DNA from: Octopus bimaculoides
Lineage: Eukaryota
Assembly: GCF_001194135.2 (NCBI RefSeq)
Contig: NC_069002.1
Coordinates: 36,455,151-36,519,150 of the forward strand
Direction: 5' to 3'
Length of the DNA stretch: 64,000 nucleotides
Shown: piece by piece, positions 37,601 through 46,742 of the stretch
How positions within the stretch are numbered: the stretch's first letter is position 1
Layout: every line of letters starts with the position of its first letter
Program-made: the position numbers and the translations under genes
The notes under the pieces: generated by a model
What the model was told of the DNA's origin: nothing
Seen by the model: the letters and a program-made list of their open reading frames with translations, nothing else
The model's database searches: none

Positions 37601-40600
37601 ACACTTCTTTCTGAAACATACATGTATTGAGTTCTACATTGGGTTATTGGTATTGAAATACATATATATATTTATATATATATATGTAACAGAGTTAATA
37701 GTGAGGGGTTATCAATCTGGGCAAAATACTTCATACGATCTCTGTTGGCCCCCAGGCTAACAATATTGTTTAGATTCGTGAAGTACTCCGAGTATTCTTA
37801 TGGCAGGATTCAAGGTTATGGTTCATCACCATTCTACATTATAAATCCATGGTTGGGCTCCAGTCAAACTGGTTTTTACACAAAGTGATATATAAGAAAA
37901 GATGTGTGTATATATATATATATATATACATGCACACACACACACACACACATATTAAGTCAGAAAAATTGATTGTAGGTATGACGTTTTAGTGATGTTC
38001 ATCTCTACACACTCATTCACACTCATTCACACCTTACCATGCTAGCTTCTACTTTACTGTAACTTCTCTTCTTGTCTCCACATAAGTGACATTTCTCCTT
38101 CTCTATACTGATAAACCTTGTGTCGTTAGAGCTTACAAATGATTATCAGACGATTCAATTACTTGTTTAATTAATGTAAAAATATTTTTCTAAAATACAG
38201 AATGTTAGCCGCAGCATATCCGAGGGAATGATCGGAGATCTATTTGTTCCCTTGGGTCCTAACAACAAAGAGGTCCATGACTTGGTAGTCTTTGATAATC
38301 CAAAACAAAACAACAATAACATTTTGATTCAGCAATTCAGGGATGAACCCTTGGAGAAATGCTATGATGTCCTCCAAGACAGCGCTACGTTTCAGGTAAG
38401 TTGACATGCAGGTGCTTTCTTCATTGAAGTGGATACGTGTGTGTGGAGTGGATGTATGCACGTGTGTGTGCATGCACGTGTGTGTGCATGCACGTGTGTG
38501 TGTGTGTGTGTTGTCTCTGGATTATTCGTAGTGTTTCGTAAATTGTCATATTTTATGGTAAGGGCAGTGGATTAACAGAATCAGTAGAGCATCCATTGAA
38601 ATTCCTTTCCCTATGACCTCTTACATTCCAGGGAAATAGACATTGCTTTTATTTTTCCAGTGCTTGACAAAATAATGTACCAGTGATGTACTGGGATCAG
38701 TTTAATTGGTTGTACACTGTCTTAACAAAATTTGTGTTTCAATGGCTGTGTTGGAAATCAATAATAATTACAGAAAATTTTGCTTAACCTGTCTGCATTT
38801 AAACTGGCCATATCTGGCCCAAATATTCTACGTATTTCTCATTCAAAGTGGCCAGCTCCATCCAGCCTCTCACACCTACCCTACAATGTCATTCTAAAAA
38901 TAAGCAGTCACATCATTGAAACCTTAAAACTACTTTTAACCTGGCTACTCTCACATGTACCTGGACTGGTTACATCTGGCTACTTCTGTCCAGGTTACCT
39001 CTGGTCTACTTAGACCAAACCTGACAGGTTTTACTCATACATCATACAATTAAAATGATTTTTCTTTTTGTAATTTCCAGAAATACCAACTTGATCGAAT
39101 TGCCCTGCATGATAGCAAGAGGGCCACATATGAAAATACCAAAAAATGTGCTGAGAACTACATGCTGTTGGGACAGACTGACCGTGCTGTCCAGTTGCTA
39201 TTGGAAACTGAAGCTGATAATGATAACTATTATGTGGATAGTCTAAGGTAACAGTTAACTCTTTTGCTGGTTTCAGCCATGCTGGGCATTGCTTTCAGCA
39301 TTTCCAGTTGACCATATTGACCCCTATATTTCAGGCAGTTGTAAGCAGTGGACACACACACACACACACACACAATGGGCTTTTTTTAGCTTCCGTCTAC
39401 CAAATCCACTTACAAGGATTTAATCAGCCTAAGTCTATAGTAGAAGACTCTTGCTCAAGGTGCCACGCTGTGAAACTGAACCAGGAACCATGTGGTTGCA
39501 CTGCAAACTTCTTACCACACAGCCACACCTGCACCAAAATTTCATTTCATTTTCATTTTATCTAGTGTCAGCTCATGAGCTGTGGCCATGCTAGGGCACC
39601 GCCATTTATGTCAACAATTCATTTAAATTAAAAAATTTTTTTTGCATCAAATTCTTTAGGGAGTAATCTCCAGATTGCTTCCTAACATTAGTACAAGACC
39701 ACAGGCATTGTTGATTAAGTTGATCCTCAACACTAAGCTGATACAATAAACACCATTATAATTCCTATGTTAACTTCTACTGTTGCAGAGCATGTCTTGT
39801 TGCCAGCATCCGGTCATCAGGAGCCAGTCAAAGTACCATCAAACTGGTGGCTACTAATTTGATTGCTAATGGAAAACTATCAGGTTAATTACATTTTTTG
39901 AACATTTTTTTAGTCAGTTTTAATGTTAAATTTGATTATTTATTTTAAAATTTGTTTGTTTAATTAAAATCTGATTATTTAATCAAAATCTGATTATTTA
40001 ATCAAAATTTGATTATTTAATTTTAAAAATTTGATTTAAAAAAAATAAAATCTGATATTTACTGAAATTTATTTGTATAAATATGCAATATAATAATTTC
40101 ACTTGGAATTTCTGCAATCCATCCATTTTCTCATTTGTTCATAACTATTTTGTGGCCAGCAGCAGCAGTTTTGAACCTTTGGAATATATTAATTTTCTTG
40201 TTATGTATGAACTGAAGTGTTTACTCTGCATTATCTCTGCAGCTTTTCTCTTAAGGTTTGAGCATTGAAGTGTCTGAACTCTAAAACCTCAAACATTAAT
40301 TTCTTGTCCTCTGCAAATCTTGTTTTTTCTATCAACTTTTCAGTGACTTATATGACTGCTTTCACTATCTTTACCCTTCTTTTTATCCCCCTTTCCTCCA
40401 CCACCATCCTGCGCAATCTTTCTCCCTTTTCTCCCCCCCCCCCCCCNNNNNNNNNNTTTTCCTTCTTTCTTTCTTTCTGTGTCTAGTTGGCCTTGAATAT
40501 TTAAGGACCTGGGGCAAGTGATGGTTCAGGGTTGGAGTAATATTCGATCTGTGGCTGATAATTTGGAATTAATTGTCTGTTATTTTGCAGAGGGAATCCA

Positions 40601-41876
40601 ACTGCTGTGTTTAATAGACAAAGGTCTTGATGCCTGCCGTTATTTGCAGACCTATGGTCACTGGGATGAAGCAGTGTGGTTAGCCAAGGTATCTTTTATG
40701 TTTATGTATTTTTATTCACTCACAGGTCAACTCTGATCACCAGCATTCCAACCATGGCCATCCCTTTTTTTTGTTACCCCTTTAGCATTTAGATTACTCT
40801 TTCAAATGCTTATTTATTCACATTGTTTTGAATTAATTATGGATTATGTTGTAGCCTCAAGATTTTGATGATGAGATTGTTTAATTTTAAAATGACATTG
40901 TAGAGTAGGTTATTTCTCTTCATTGGCACCGGATGCATAAATGGCTAACTTTGATGCTTCCAGCTCAGGCTGGTGCTGGCTGCACACAGCGGCCAGATAG
41001 TCACATCCGTCTTTGCCCGATCTTCTTGCTAACTTTTAGCACGTCTCCATAAAGGCATTCGTTTGTCATATGTTGCTGCCATTTCACATTTAGGGTCATT
41101 CATCACATCCTTGTGTAGCAGACATCCAACCCAAATTAGACTTGTGGAGTCCACTTTATGGTGATGTAAGGAGAGAAAACATTGCCACACATCATCAACT
41201 TGATTGCAGACACTGGCCTGGAATGTACCCAGGACCTCAAGGCAGTGATGTTGGACTGGGAGGTGTGATGGGTAGATTTTGTTGCTGTGGCCCAGGCTGG
41301 AACCCGGCCATAAGAAGAAGATATATGATGAGCTTCTTTCAGTTTCTACTGACAAGTAGAAAATGTGTGCTCAAAGTGCCATACAGTGGGACTAAACTCA
41401 GAACGATGCTGTTGGCAAGCAAGCGTCCTACCACACATCCACACCTGTGTCATGTAAATGGAATTTAATAATTGAAATATGATTGTGAGACAAGGATAGG
41501 TGATGTTCTACATTCTGATTGTGTTATTGCTTCTGTTTTTAATCTTCTTTCTTGGTTTGAACCCAGGCAACCCTCAACTATTGTGAATACAGTGAAGTTG
41601 TGAAGAGATGGGCTGACCATTTATCTCAGCAGGGCCAAAAAGTAAGGGACACTTTTTTGTTTTATCTTTTATCTTTTTATTTTTAACTTGTTTTAGTCAT
41701 TAGACTATGGCCATGCTGGGGCAGCGCCTTGAAGAATTTTAGTTGACTGAATTGACCCCAGGACTTATTTTTTAAAAAGTACTAGTACTTATACTATCAG
41801 TCTCTTTTGCTGAACCACTAAGTTAAAGGGACGTAAACACACCAACCCTGGTTATCATGTGGTGGTCAGGGAACAG

Positions 41877-41909
<33 letters not shown>

Positions 41910-43324
41910 ATGGGCTTCTTTCAGTTTCCGTCTACCAAATCCACTCACAAGGCTTTGGTTGGCCTGTGGCTATAGTAGAAGACACTTGCCCAAGGTGTTA
42001 CACAGTGGGACTGAACCTGGAACAATGTGGTTGGGAAGCAAACTTCTTACCACACCTGAACCTGCAAACAAACTTTTTCAATAATTTTGTTTTTCATCGT
42101 CAATTTTACATTTGCTTTTTCCATGCTAACATGGGTTGGACAAGTCTTGTTTTGGCAGTATTCTTCAAGCATCTGTCCTTCCAGTTGCCAACATTACATT
42201 ATTCCACTGCTGACCATTTTTTTTATGTGGAATATGCATGAATTGTTTTCACCTCAGAAGGATGACAGGCAAGCAATTATCTAACAAAGGAATTGATAAA
42301 GTTCTTGCTTTTCTCTTATTCAGATATGTAATGTGTTACAGAAAACAAACACAAAAAATATAAATACCTCTTAAACCCTTAGGGGATTACAGGAACCGAT
42401 ATGTAGGTAAATGTTTCACGGCATTAAGTTGTTGAAAGTTAAATACACCGCCTGGATAGGACGTCAGTCTATCATATGTAACTCACTTGTGATATTGGCA
42501 TCTATTATCCATAGCTAAATGAGGAGATGAGAAATATGATAGTTGTTGTTGATGTTTAATCGCAGGTCAATCCTAAGTGAGAAGATTTATGGTAATAGCA
42601 AAAGTTGTGACTTTTGAGTGATATCTAGAACTATATTATCCTTTTTTTTTTCTTCTTCAGAAATTAAGATATAATTTTCTGGAAATTTATCTTCTATTTC
42701 TAGCACGTCAGGTTACCATTTGCTTGGATGATGTTGATTTGGTGGTGGAGGCTGAGGTGGTGATTTGATAGTGGTAGAGGTGATGTGGGGGTGGTAATAT
42801 AGTGTTGGTGGTGTGAAGGCTATTTTTCTCTATACCACTGATTTTCTTTTTTGTTTTATTTTTCAGAGCAGAGCAATCCTTGCTATGCTGTCGCTTGGCC
42901 AGTTCCTCCGTGTCTCTGAAATGTTGTATGGCATGAGATACTTTGACAGGGCAGCCAGGTTTATAGAGGCATGTATGGAATTTGGTGTCATTGAGAAATC
43001 AGAAGAGAATGGTATCCTTTATAACAATCAGCTTCTTTGTTTCCTTATTATTTTCTCTTTTCTTCCTTTGTTTTACTTTTTTTTTCGTAATTCATTTTAT
43101 ATTAATGAAATTGTCTTTAAGCTATACTTTTTTACTTGTTTCAGTCATTTGACTGTGGGTCATGCTGGAGCACCGCCTTTAGTCGAGCAAATCGACCCCA
43201 GGACTTATTCTTTGTAAGCCTAGTACTTATTCTATCGGTCTCTTTTGCTGAACCGCTAAGTTACGGGGACACAAACACATCAGCATCGGTTGTCAAGCGA
43301 TGTTGGGGGAACAAACACAGACAT

Positions 43325-43374
<50 letters not shown>

Positions 43375-44151
43375 GACGGGCTTCTTTGAGTTTCCGTCTA
43401 CCAATACACGCACAAGGCTTTGGTCTACCATTATTAAATGTGGACGTGAATATTCAGTGTGTTGTGTAACAGTCTGACCCTGCTGTTTAAATGAAAGTAG
43501 TCAGAAGTGTAAGATGATCGTGAGAACTTACTATGTAACATCTTTGTGCCAGAGACACTTAAGACACTTGTCAGTGACATATAAAAGACACTCATGTCAC
43601 TGTTGTGTAAAAGACACCCAGTACACTCTGTAGAGTGGTTAGGGTTAGGGATGGCATCCAGCCATAGAAACCAAGCGAAGACAAATGACTGGAGCCTGGT
43701 GCAACTCTCTGGCTTACCATCTCTGGTCAAACTGTCTATTCCATGCCTGCCAGAATGGACAATGGACATTTAATGATGAAGATGATTCAGCTGTCCAGTT
43801 TCTTTATTTATGATTGAAGGCTCTGGAAAAAGATATGGCTAACTTGTGCAATGTGTGATCTTTAAATTCACAATGATATTGCAATGTTATGCAGACTTTG
43901 GATGGTTCTGACACTAATTCATAATTTTAAATTTCATTTCCATAAAGTTTCATAAAGATTTTTAAAAATGCTTTTGAAGTTAAATTTTTCTTTAACAAAA
44001 TTTTTCAGCACCATTGATTGAAGCTATATTCCTTGCATTTAGCCGGTATCTTATAAACATCGGTATGAAACAAGCGGCTCTTTATTATGGTCAAATGGCT
44101 GGAGAAAAAGGAGAACTACTGCTGAAAGAAGTGAACATATTATTCAGTTAA
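8983..44151 (+). CDS. WDR11: WD repeat-containing protein 11, whole spliced gene span (29 visible exons + 1 inferred in the N gap; 3788 visible coding nt, ~1300 aa expected)
   Basis: Manual splicing gives a continuous frame matching remembered human WDR11 motifs: WGWQG, QVLEKHK, VKWAR.NYHH, LHPP..LVLWNA.TG.K.WKKSY, YPRE.LILDL..NQTVG, CLHENG.IT.RVRR, LKF.LTGLLSG, GIEW, EH.VFTD, AWK.D.L..GD.DG....WDLKGR.S, GDE.ELHFWTVA.HY, LLGQTDRAVQLLLET, SQSTIKLVATN.IANGKL.EG.QLLCLIDK..DACRYLQTYG.W, MRYFDRAA.F.EAC. All junctions are GT-AG with compatible phases. Confidence 0.97.
9866..10295 (+). mobile_element. Two tandem tRNA-derived SINEs, family A (Deu/Nin-like central domain from memory), with (ATT)n tails
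   Basis: gagttcaaattctgcc..gtcgactttgc(c/t)tttcatcc..ggggtcga..aagtacca repeated twice; other copies at 31040-31480, 36230-36400, 37020-37160, 57873-58087 (-), 61370-61500, 63955-64000. Confidence 0.88.
11334..11403 (+). CDS. WDR11: WDR11 exon 2 (WGWQGFLAHACHSFITIIDPRTVQ)
   Basis: ttttcag| ... |gtaagt; matches WGWQGLIAYGCHSLVVVID. Confidence 0.96.
11763..11804 (+). CDS. WDR11: WDR11 exon 3 (VFQVLEKHKSNVVK)
   Basis: ttttcag| ... |gtaaag; 42 nt, phase 0-0. Confidence 0.95.
11918..12060 (+). mobile_element. SINE family M, 3' part (aggaagggcatccagctgtagaaac core, RTE-like tail, (GAT)n)
   Basis: Near-identical to 12490-12633, 18815-18985 (-) and 21880-21998; the core resembles the Meta domain from memory. 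Confidence 0.87.
12470..12633 (+). mobile_element. SINE family M, 3' part
   Basis: Few mismatches versus 11918-12060. Confidence 0.87.
12885..13038 (+). CDS. WDR11: WDR11 exon 4 (VKWARQNYHH...GNKTIQ)
   Basis: tttag| ... G|gtgtga; matches VKWARENYHHNIGSPY.LRLASAD. Confidence 0.96.
13089..13309. mobile_element. piggyBac-type MITE (TTAA TSD, CCC...GGG ends)
   Basis: TTAA|ccctttcgttac ... gtatcaaaaggg|TTAA. Confidence 0.8.
13650..14150 (+). mobile_element. CRE-like non-LTR retrotransposon, restriction-like endonuclease 3' fragment
   Basis: ETLLW..; EATAFISEENKL*; DIFQPVAFETFGRAG (= YIFQPIAFETLGPAG). Confidence 0.65.
14442..14615 (+). CDS. WDR11: WDR11 exon 5 (DMEWL...FDPFETKNIT)
   Basis: gtag| ... 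T|gtaagt; HPPYSLVLWNAETGNKIWKKSY. Confidence 0.96.
15151..15252 (+). CDS. WDR11: WDR11 exon 6 (FLGQDCIIFVDDFS...GKKFYISSPSAQ)
   Basis: ttttcag| ... G|gtaagc; matches IVFISDFS..GKKVYISSP. Confidence 0.95.
15929..16028 (+). CDS. WDR11: WDR11 exon 7 (GSNRSSNSESLDKKSSRNLAKRVSRVLVGESKLK)
   Basis: ttccag| ... |gtgagt; phase 1-2 fits flanking exons; low-conservation linker. Confidence 0.88.
16447..16627 (+). CDS. WDR11: WDR11 exon 8 (TLNECLQLAY...YPREVLILDLKINQTVGII.MERTGSPFMQ)
   Basis: ttctag| ... |gtaaat; strong match to human. Confidence 0.97.
16911..17034 (+). CDS. WDR11: WDR11 exon 9 (VLSCRQRDVLMCLHENGSITVRVRR...)
   Basis: ggtag| ... G|gtaagg. Confidence 0.96.
17330..17945 (+). mobile_element. 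RTE LINE 3' fragment
   Basis: QERRLHWFGHVIWMDADS..KKCHSLKVEGTCGRGGPKKTWDKVLRYNLRTL. Confidence 0.9.
18473..18660 (+). CDS. WDR11: WDR11 exon 10 (DDGLLNPALDISYDLRCQSD...ELKATEYK)
   Basis: ttgtag| ... |gtaacc; matches TYDLRSQCDAIRVT. Confidence 0.96.
18815..19230 (-). mobile_element. SINE family M, long copy with internally duplicated gtgccacc/ccagtcc..gggcactggcaac modules
   Basis: Reverse complement of the tail at 18815-18985; internal ~95-bp duplication at 19035-19200. Confidence 0.85.
19973..20330 (+). CDS. WDR11: WDR11 exon 11 (...VALKFMLTGLLSG...IRMSPPLTQKNASMYKPLLAV)
   Basis: tttag| ... G|gtaagt; matches LKFLLTGLLSG..IRMCPPLTTKNIKMYQPLLAVG. Confidence 0.97.
21350..21434 (+). CDS. WDR11: WDR11 exon 12 (GNNSGSIQIFNLCSGQLDKEFCVHSTIVR)
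   Basis: ttccag| ... |gtaaac; phase 1-2. Confidence 0.95.
21810..21998 (+). mobile_element. SINE family M
   Basis: Same core and tail; more diverged copies at 15285-15480 (-), 17990-18215 (+), 32570-32885 (-), 33290-33380 (-) and 43590-43785 (+). Confidence 0.85.
22581..22687 (+). CDS. WDR11: WDR11 exon 13 (GIEWAGL...GLVKNEILLVDIISG)
   Basis: tacag| ... |gtatgc; matches GIEW..GLVRNELQLVD. Confidence 0.96.
22860..23570 (-). mobile_element. RTE LINE 3' fragment
   Basis: VETVRGFCYLGDRVDIRGGCEAVVTVRVRLGWVKFRECGALLYGKRFSLKMKG; WMARVNGVWWYGYVLRRDEEHVLRRVLEYEV. Confidence 0.92.
23711..23783 (+). CDS. WDR11: WDR11 exon 14 (NETPIRIQRDEESPIHALRVSPMR)
   Basis: ttacag| ... |gtaaat; corresponds to DESAIEMIKVSHLK. 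Confidence 0.92.
24886..25479. other. Assembly gap (other gaps: 848-1588, 8232-8477, 40447-40456, 54814-55248, 59616-59625)
   Basis: N runs. Confidence 0.99.
25685..25821 (+). CDS. WDR11: WDR11 exon 16 (EWFPASNIRTLKRKL...NSSK)
   Basis: ctag| ... |gtaaga; matches EWSPSHNLKSLRKK; phase 0 start is incompatible with the exon 14 phase-2 end, so a missing exon 15 is required. Confidence 0.92.
26353..26574. mobile_element. piggyBac-type MITE, second family
   Basis: TTAA|ccctttcgcattcag ... taaattctaaagtg|TTAA; partial copies at 38785-38940 (inverted) and 40775-40910. Confidence 0.75.
27095..27221 (+). CDS. WDR11: WDR11 exon 17 (...GKEHLVFTDQESTLYHFVIEGSTITDVSKLPVE)
   Basis: tttag| ... |gtaagc; matches AREHFVFTDIDGQVYHLTVEG. 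Confidence 0.95.
27407..27450 (+). ncRNA. Minimal type I hammerhead ribozyme motif (Penelope-like-element type) in WDR11 intron 17
   Basis: CTGATGA core 27413-27419; stem II GGT/ACT; GAAA 27435-27438; palindromic ACATGT stem III; GTC cleavage triplet ending 27444; stem I TTTG/CAGA. Confidence 0.65.
27847..28430 (-). mobile_element. R4/Dong-like RLE non-LTR retrotransposon 3' fragment
   Basis: LAQNYY..H..VAK..LCEKWSLEQGKTWYEHK..YKIL; HNKADLVVVD..CY.TDVAC; RTVSEGIKKNIKEIGIECPAELL*KICFLGTARIIR. Confidence 0.8.
29040..30320 (+). mobile_element. Possible degenerate L1/Tx1-like ORF1 remnant
   Basis: GC-richer broken frames; RVIRLVVQSRKHSCFMC resembles the V.VEGR.P.C..C knuckle lead-in; weak. Confidence 0.3.
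30863..30975 (-). mobile_element. 5'-truncated copy of the same R4/Dong-like 3' UTR embedded in (TAA)n
   Basis: Closely similar to 27847-27960; (TAA)n tracts on both sides. Confidence 0.75.
31040..31500 (+). mobile_element. Two tandem family A SINEs following an (ATT)n tract
   Basis: Same motifs as 9866-10295. Confidence 0.88.
31528..31634 (+). CDS. WDR11: WDR11 exon 18 (SGLSIITSLAWKNDHLAFGDVDGVLSIWDLKGRISR)
   Basis: ttttcag| ... |gtttgt. Confidence 0.96.
33452..33572 (+). CDS. WDR11: WDR11 exon 19 (TISTHRSAIKKIRFGPGKANLK...YNDGLDIYEIKSQK)
   Basis: ttccag| ... |gtaaga. Confidence 0.96.
34149..34317 (+). CDS. WDR11: WDR11 exon 20 (EELIVSYKC...SDGYIRVFDLTMKKASSHMMDWDLE)
   Basis: tttcag| ... 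G|gtatcc. Confidence 0.95.
35219..35387 (+). CDS. WDR11: WDR11 exon 21 (EKIFCPSFL...FLQHQPWNEKY...QLKLINS)
   Basis: tttag| ... |gtaatc; matches EPVWCPYLL..FLLHQPWNGQY. Confidence 0.95.
35669..36081. mobile_element. MITE with ~100-bp terminal inverted repeats
   Basis: ttggagtaaagattgtttgccaacataacatggcagtcctggtttagg..tggctata mirrored by tatagccag..cctaaaccaggactgccatgttatattggcaaacaatctttactccaa. Confidence 0.9.
36400..36720. repeat. Intronic low-complexity trinucleotide tract (GAT/AAT/GGT) with an 18-21-bp subrepeat
   Basis: gacagtggcagtggtggtgat repeated; lies inside WDR11 intron 21. Confidence 0.85.
36752..36817 (+). CDS. WDR11: WDR11 exon 22 (DLMTYLPSSKFGVAQRCLFVAK)
   Basis: ttcag| ... 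|gtaagt; matches LLQRCLLVSR. Confidence 0.93.
37297..37381 (+). CDS. WDR11: WDR11 exon 23 (LFGDEAELHFWTVALHYIRSEKISPMSK)
   Basis: ttaaag| ... |gtaggt; matches LYGDESELHFWTVAAHY. Confidence 0.95.
38201..38395 (+). CDS. WDR11: WDR11 exon 24 (NVSRSISEG...EPLEKCYDVLQDSATFQ)
   Basis: tacag| ... |gtaagt; matches PLDICYDVLCENAYFQ. Confidence 0.94.
39081..39247 (+). CDS. WDR11: WDR11 exon 25 (KYQLDRI...LLGQTDRAVQLLLETEADNDNYYVDSLR)
   Basis: ttccag| ... |gtaaca. Confidence 0.97.
39789..39883 (+). CDS. WDR11: WDR11 exon 26 (ACLVASIRSSGASQSTIKLVATNLIANGKLS)
   Basis: tgcag| ... |gttaat. Confidence 0.97.
39930..40070. repeat. ~18-bp AT-rich minisatellite (aaaatctgattatttaatc)
   Basis: About 6-7 imperfect copies just after the exon 26 donor. 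Confidence 0.8.
40591..40688 (+). CDS. WDR11: WDR11 exon 27 (EGIQLLCLIDKGLDACRYLQTYGHWDEAVWLAK)
   Basis: tgcag| ... |gtatct. Confidence 0.97.
41100..41310 (+). mobile_element. Degenerate RTE-like 3' end
   Basis: LDLWSPLYGDVRR..DCRHW/DTGL..VMLDWEVW-like motifs. Confidence 0.5.
41567..41641 (+). CDS. WDR11: WDR11 exon 28 (ATLNYCEYSEVVKRWADHLSQQGQK)
   Basis: ccag| ... |gtaagg; matches VLRRWVDHL. Confidence 0.94.
41690..42065 (-). mobile_element. SINE family C, near full length (tRNA-like head + CORE-like + (GT)n + 3' domain)
   Basis: Head gtggtaagaagtttgcttcccaaccacattgttccaggttcagtcccactg..caccttgggcaagtgtc; further head copies at 39375-39535, 48695-48860, 21110-21170, 43370-43430 (-) and 56575-56720 (+). 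Confidence 0.85.
42867..43011 (+). CDS. WDR11: WDR11 exon 29 (SRAILAMLSLGQF...MRYFDRAARFIEACMEFG)
   Basis: tttcag| ... G|gtatccttt. Confidence 0.97.
43012..44008 (+). other. U12-type (minor spliceosome) GT-AG intron, last intron of WDR11
   Basis: 5' splice site GTATCCTTT (exact U12 consensus); branch site TTCTTTAAC at 43988-43996, branch A about 13 nt from CAG. Confidence 0.85.
43125..43430 (-). mobile_element. SINE family C, 5'-truncated
   Basis: Same 3' domain plus (CA)n and part of the central domain; sits inside the U12 intron. Confidence 0.85.
44009..44151 (+). CDS. WDR11: WDR11 exon 30, terminal (PLIEAIFLAFSRYLINIGMKQAALYY..AGEKGELLLKEVNILFS*)
   Basis: ttcag|, TAA at 44149-44151; matches LITAIYADYARSLKNLGFKQGAVLFASKAG. 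Confidence 0.94.
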
Positions 44152-44405
44152 AGGGTACAGTTGGGTAGGAACAATGCAAAGTAAGACTTGGCAGAAATTA
44201 CAGAGATTCTTCTGGTCTTACTGAACGATGCAGGTCCCTGGAAAAGTAAAAGTTAAACCATCAGAGTTTCCATTGGATTTTTAGCCAAAAATATGCAAAA
44301 CCATTTCTATTATATTTAGCTATCAAAGTTTAATAGTAATTAAAATTTTATAAATAACCCTTACTTGTTTCCCTGACTCAAATGAATGAAAAAAAATAAT
44401 AATTA

Positions 44406-44627
44406 AATAAATTTTTAGAGAATGAAAGGAAAACAAGGGGTTAAGTAATCCCAAGATAAAAAAAAGATGTGGTTGAGGGACACAGAAAACATTCTAGACT
44501 TAAATGTTAATTTTTATTGTGCCGCTGGTTAATAAGTTTATTATAATTATAAAGTATTTTAGCATCATGCTCAAAATGCAATTTGTTCAGTTATATCTAA
44601 ACCTGTGATCTTCTGTTATATAATAAA
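44406..44627 (+). promoter_or_regulatory. Candidate WDR11 poly(A) signals (AATAAA at 44406 and 44622)
   Basis: Hexamers downstream of the stop, with a T-rich tract after the second; AT-rich context makes chance matches likely. Confidence 0.3.
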
Positions 44628-46354
44628 ATATTTTGTACAGTCATCTGTGAAATTTGTTTTTTTTGTTTTTGTTGTTTTTTTGCTTATCTATTTATTTATT
44701 TGCAGCCATTTGATTTACGAAACTGTTTTCACATCTTTTCATCCTAGAAAGAGTTTAAAAGACTTTTCCTTTGGGCTTTGGCTAATCTAGCTCTTTCTTT
44801 CTTTCCTTCCTTTTTCTTTCTCATTCTTTCTTTTTTTTCTTCCTCTCTTCCTGCTTTCCTTTTTAAGATGAGATGTTTTTCGAAGGAGTATATGGTTGCT
44901 GTTTAACAGAACAAGAGACTGTGTAGAGCTGCTATCATCAGCTCATTCTTAAACTTGTTTTCCCAAAAGCTTCACTCTTTTTTTATATTATGGTTTGTCA
45001 GGAAGAAGGGGCTGTGTCTATTACCTTCAAAGGACCCCTGAAACCAGTGAAAAAGTTATAAGCATTAAATGAATTATGGATTAAAATACAAAGAAAGAAA
45101 ATGCCTGTACATATGTTTATTAGCTGTGAGCCAAACATGTTTGTTGCTCCATAACTTTTCTTGACAACAGAATTGAAGTCTTTTTAAATGAATAACTTTA
45201 TCTTGACAATCAGACTTCTCACTGTCACATTATTTTGCCATTATATACCCAGTTTTCTGGGTCTTTAAACCACTTTTGATAAAAACAAAATAGTTTTGGA
45301 AATTTATGAATTTTTTTTCAACCCCACCTCTGAGTACAACATATGTAGTTTCTATGTAGTTTCTACCAACAACTTTTCTGCATACCAAGCATGGCCATTT
45401 CCCTGATGGTTGGAGGGTCCTGTTTTCTTCCTACTTATTCAAACCTTAGTCTCTGCTGCTAAGTTCACTTTGAAGGTTCTTGATTATCCTGCGTACATCA
45501 ACATGGCTGTGTGGTTAAAAAGCTCTATTTACAACCTTATAGTTTTAAGTTTAATTACATTGTGTTGGATTTTGACCTTCACTGTGGTTAACCAATGCTT
45601 TGTGAATGGAATTTGGTTGGCTGAAGATAAACAAAAGCTCTTCTACATAAAAAAAAACCTTAAATCACTGATAAAACAAAAGCACTGGTGCTTTTGTACA
45701 TATATCTTGTGTTGCATTTGTTCTGCTCAAGTTGCACAGAGACTCTCTTATTACTGGCACCATCAGAAAAGCAGTAAGCCATTGATTGACTAATTGGAAA
45801 CTTATAACCAATGATGGTGTTGTGCACAAAAATGTGGTATAAAATATGTTTTTAAAACAGAGGAACAATGAACAATGAACTTATATTCGTCTCAGATATC
45901 AAATATATGTCAGTACATAAGTGAGATATATCTCTGTCAACAATTGTTTGATTAGATGACACGCTGATTATGAAGATAATGCTGGGGGTTTTTTGTGTGT
46001 TTTTGCTGTTGTTGTTTAGCACCAGATAATCCCAAATTGAGCAAACTTATTGATCAAAGGTGTTACAGTGAATTCTCAGGGTAATTAGTGCCGTGGGAAG
46101 AAATATCCCGTGGCATTTGTGCCAGTTCACTGAGCTTTGAATTCAAATTCTAACAAGTTTAAAATTGCCTTTCATCCTTTAGAGATTCAGGGCAGTGGAT
46201 TAGTGATGCTGCTAGAATCACCCAGAAGTATTTGTTGTGGCTCTTGTGTTCTGTGGTAGGTATGGAATACATCAGGACATCTTCTGTAAGAAAACTAGGG
46301 TCAGTGCTATTATATTTAATGTAATGAGACAAGAAGTTTCAATTAATTAAAATT

Positions 46355-46742
46355 GTTGTTGTTGGCACTCTGTTGCTTCTGACGTCAAGGGTTCCAGCTG
46401 ATCTGATCAACAGAACAGCCTGCTCATGAAATTAACGTGCAAGTGGCTGAGCACTCCACAGACACGTGTACCCTTAACGTAGTTCTTGGGGATATTCAGC
46501 GTGACACAGTGTGACAAGGCTGACTCTTTGAATTACAGGTACAACAGAAAGAGGAAGTAAGAGTGAGAGAAAGTTGTGGTGAAAGAGTACAGCAGGGTTT
46601 GCCACCATCCCCTGCCGGAGCCTCGTAGAGCTTTTAGGTGTTTTCGCTCAATAAACACTCACAACGGCCGGTCTGGGAATCGAAACCGCGATCCTATGAC
46701 CGTGAGTCCACTGCCCTAACCACTGGGCTATTGCACCTCCAC
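46355..46742 (-). mobile_element. tRNA-derived SINE family D, full length with 11-bp TSD
   Basis: TSD TAATTAAAATT at 46344-46354 and 46743-46753; tRNA-like head with A/B boxes; (CAA)n tail; diverged opposite-strand copy near 47640-47900. Confidence 0.92.

Noticed and set aside
40689-41566. Donor GTATCTTTT as a third U12 candidate
   Set aside because: Mismatch at the critical +6 C and no convincing U12 branch site near the acceptor.
46670-46742. tRNA-like sequence with A/B boxes (similar heads at 10079, 31265, 42000 and 56575)
   Set aside because: These are SINE heads continuing into SINE bodies, with tails and TSDs; no complete cloverleaf.
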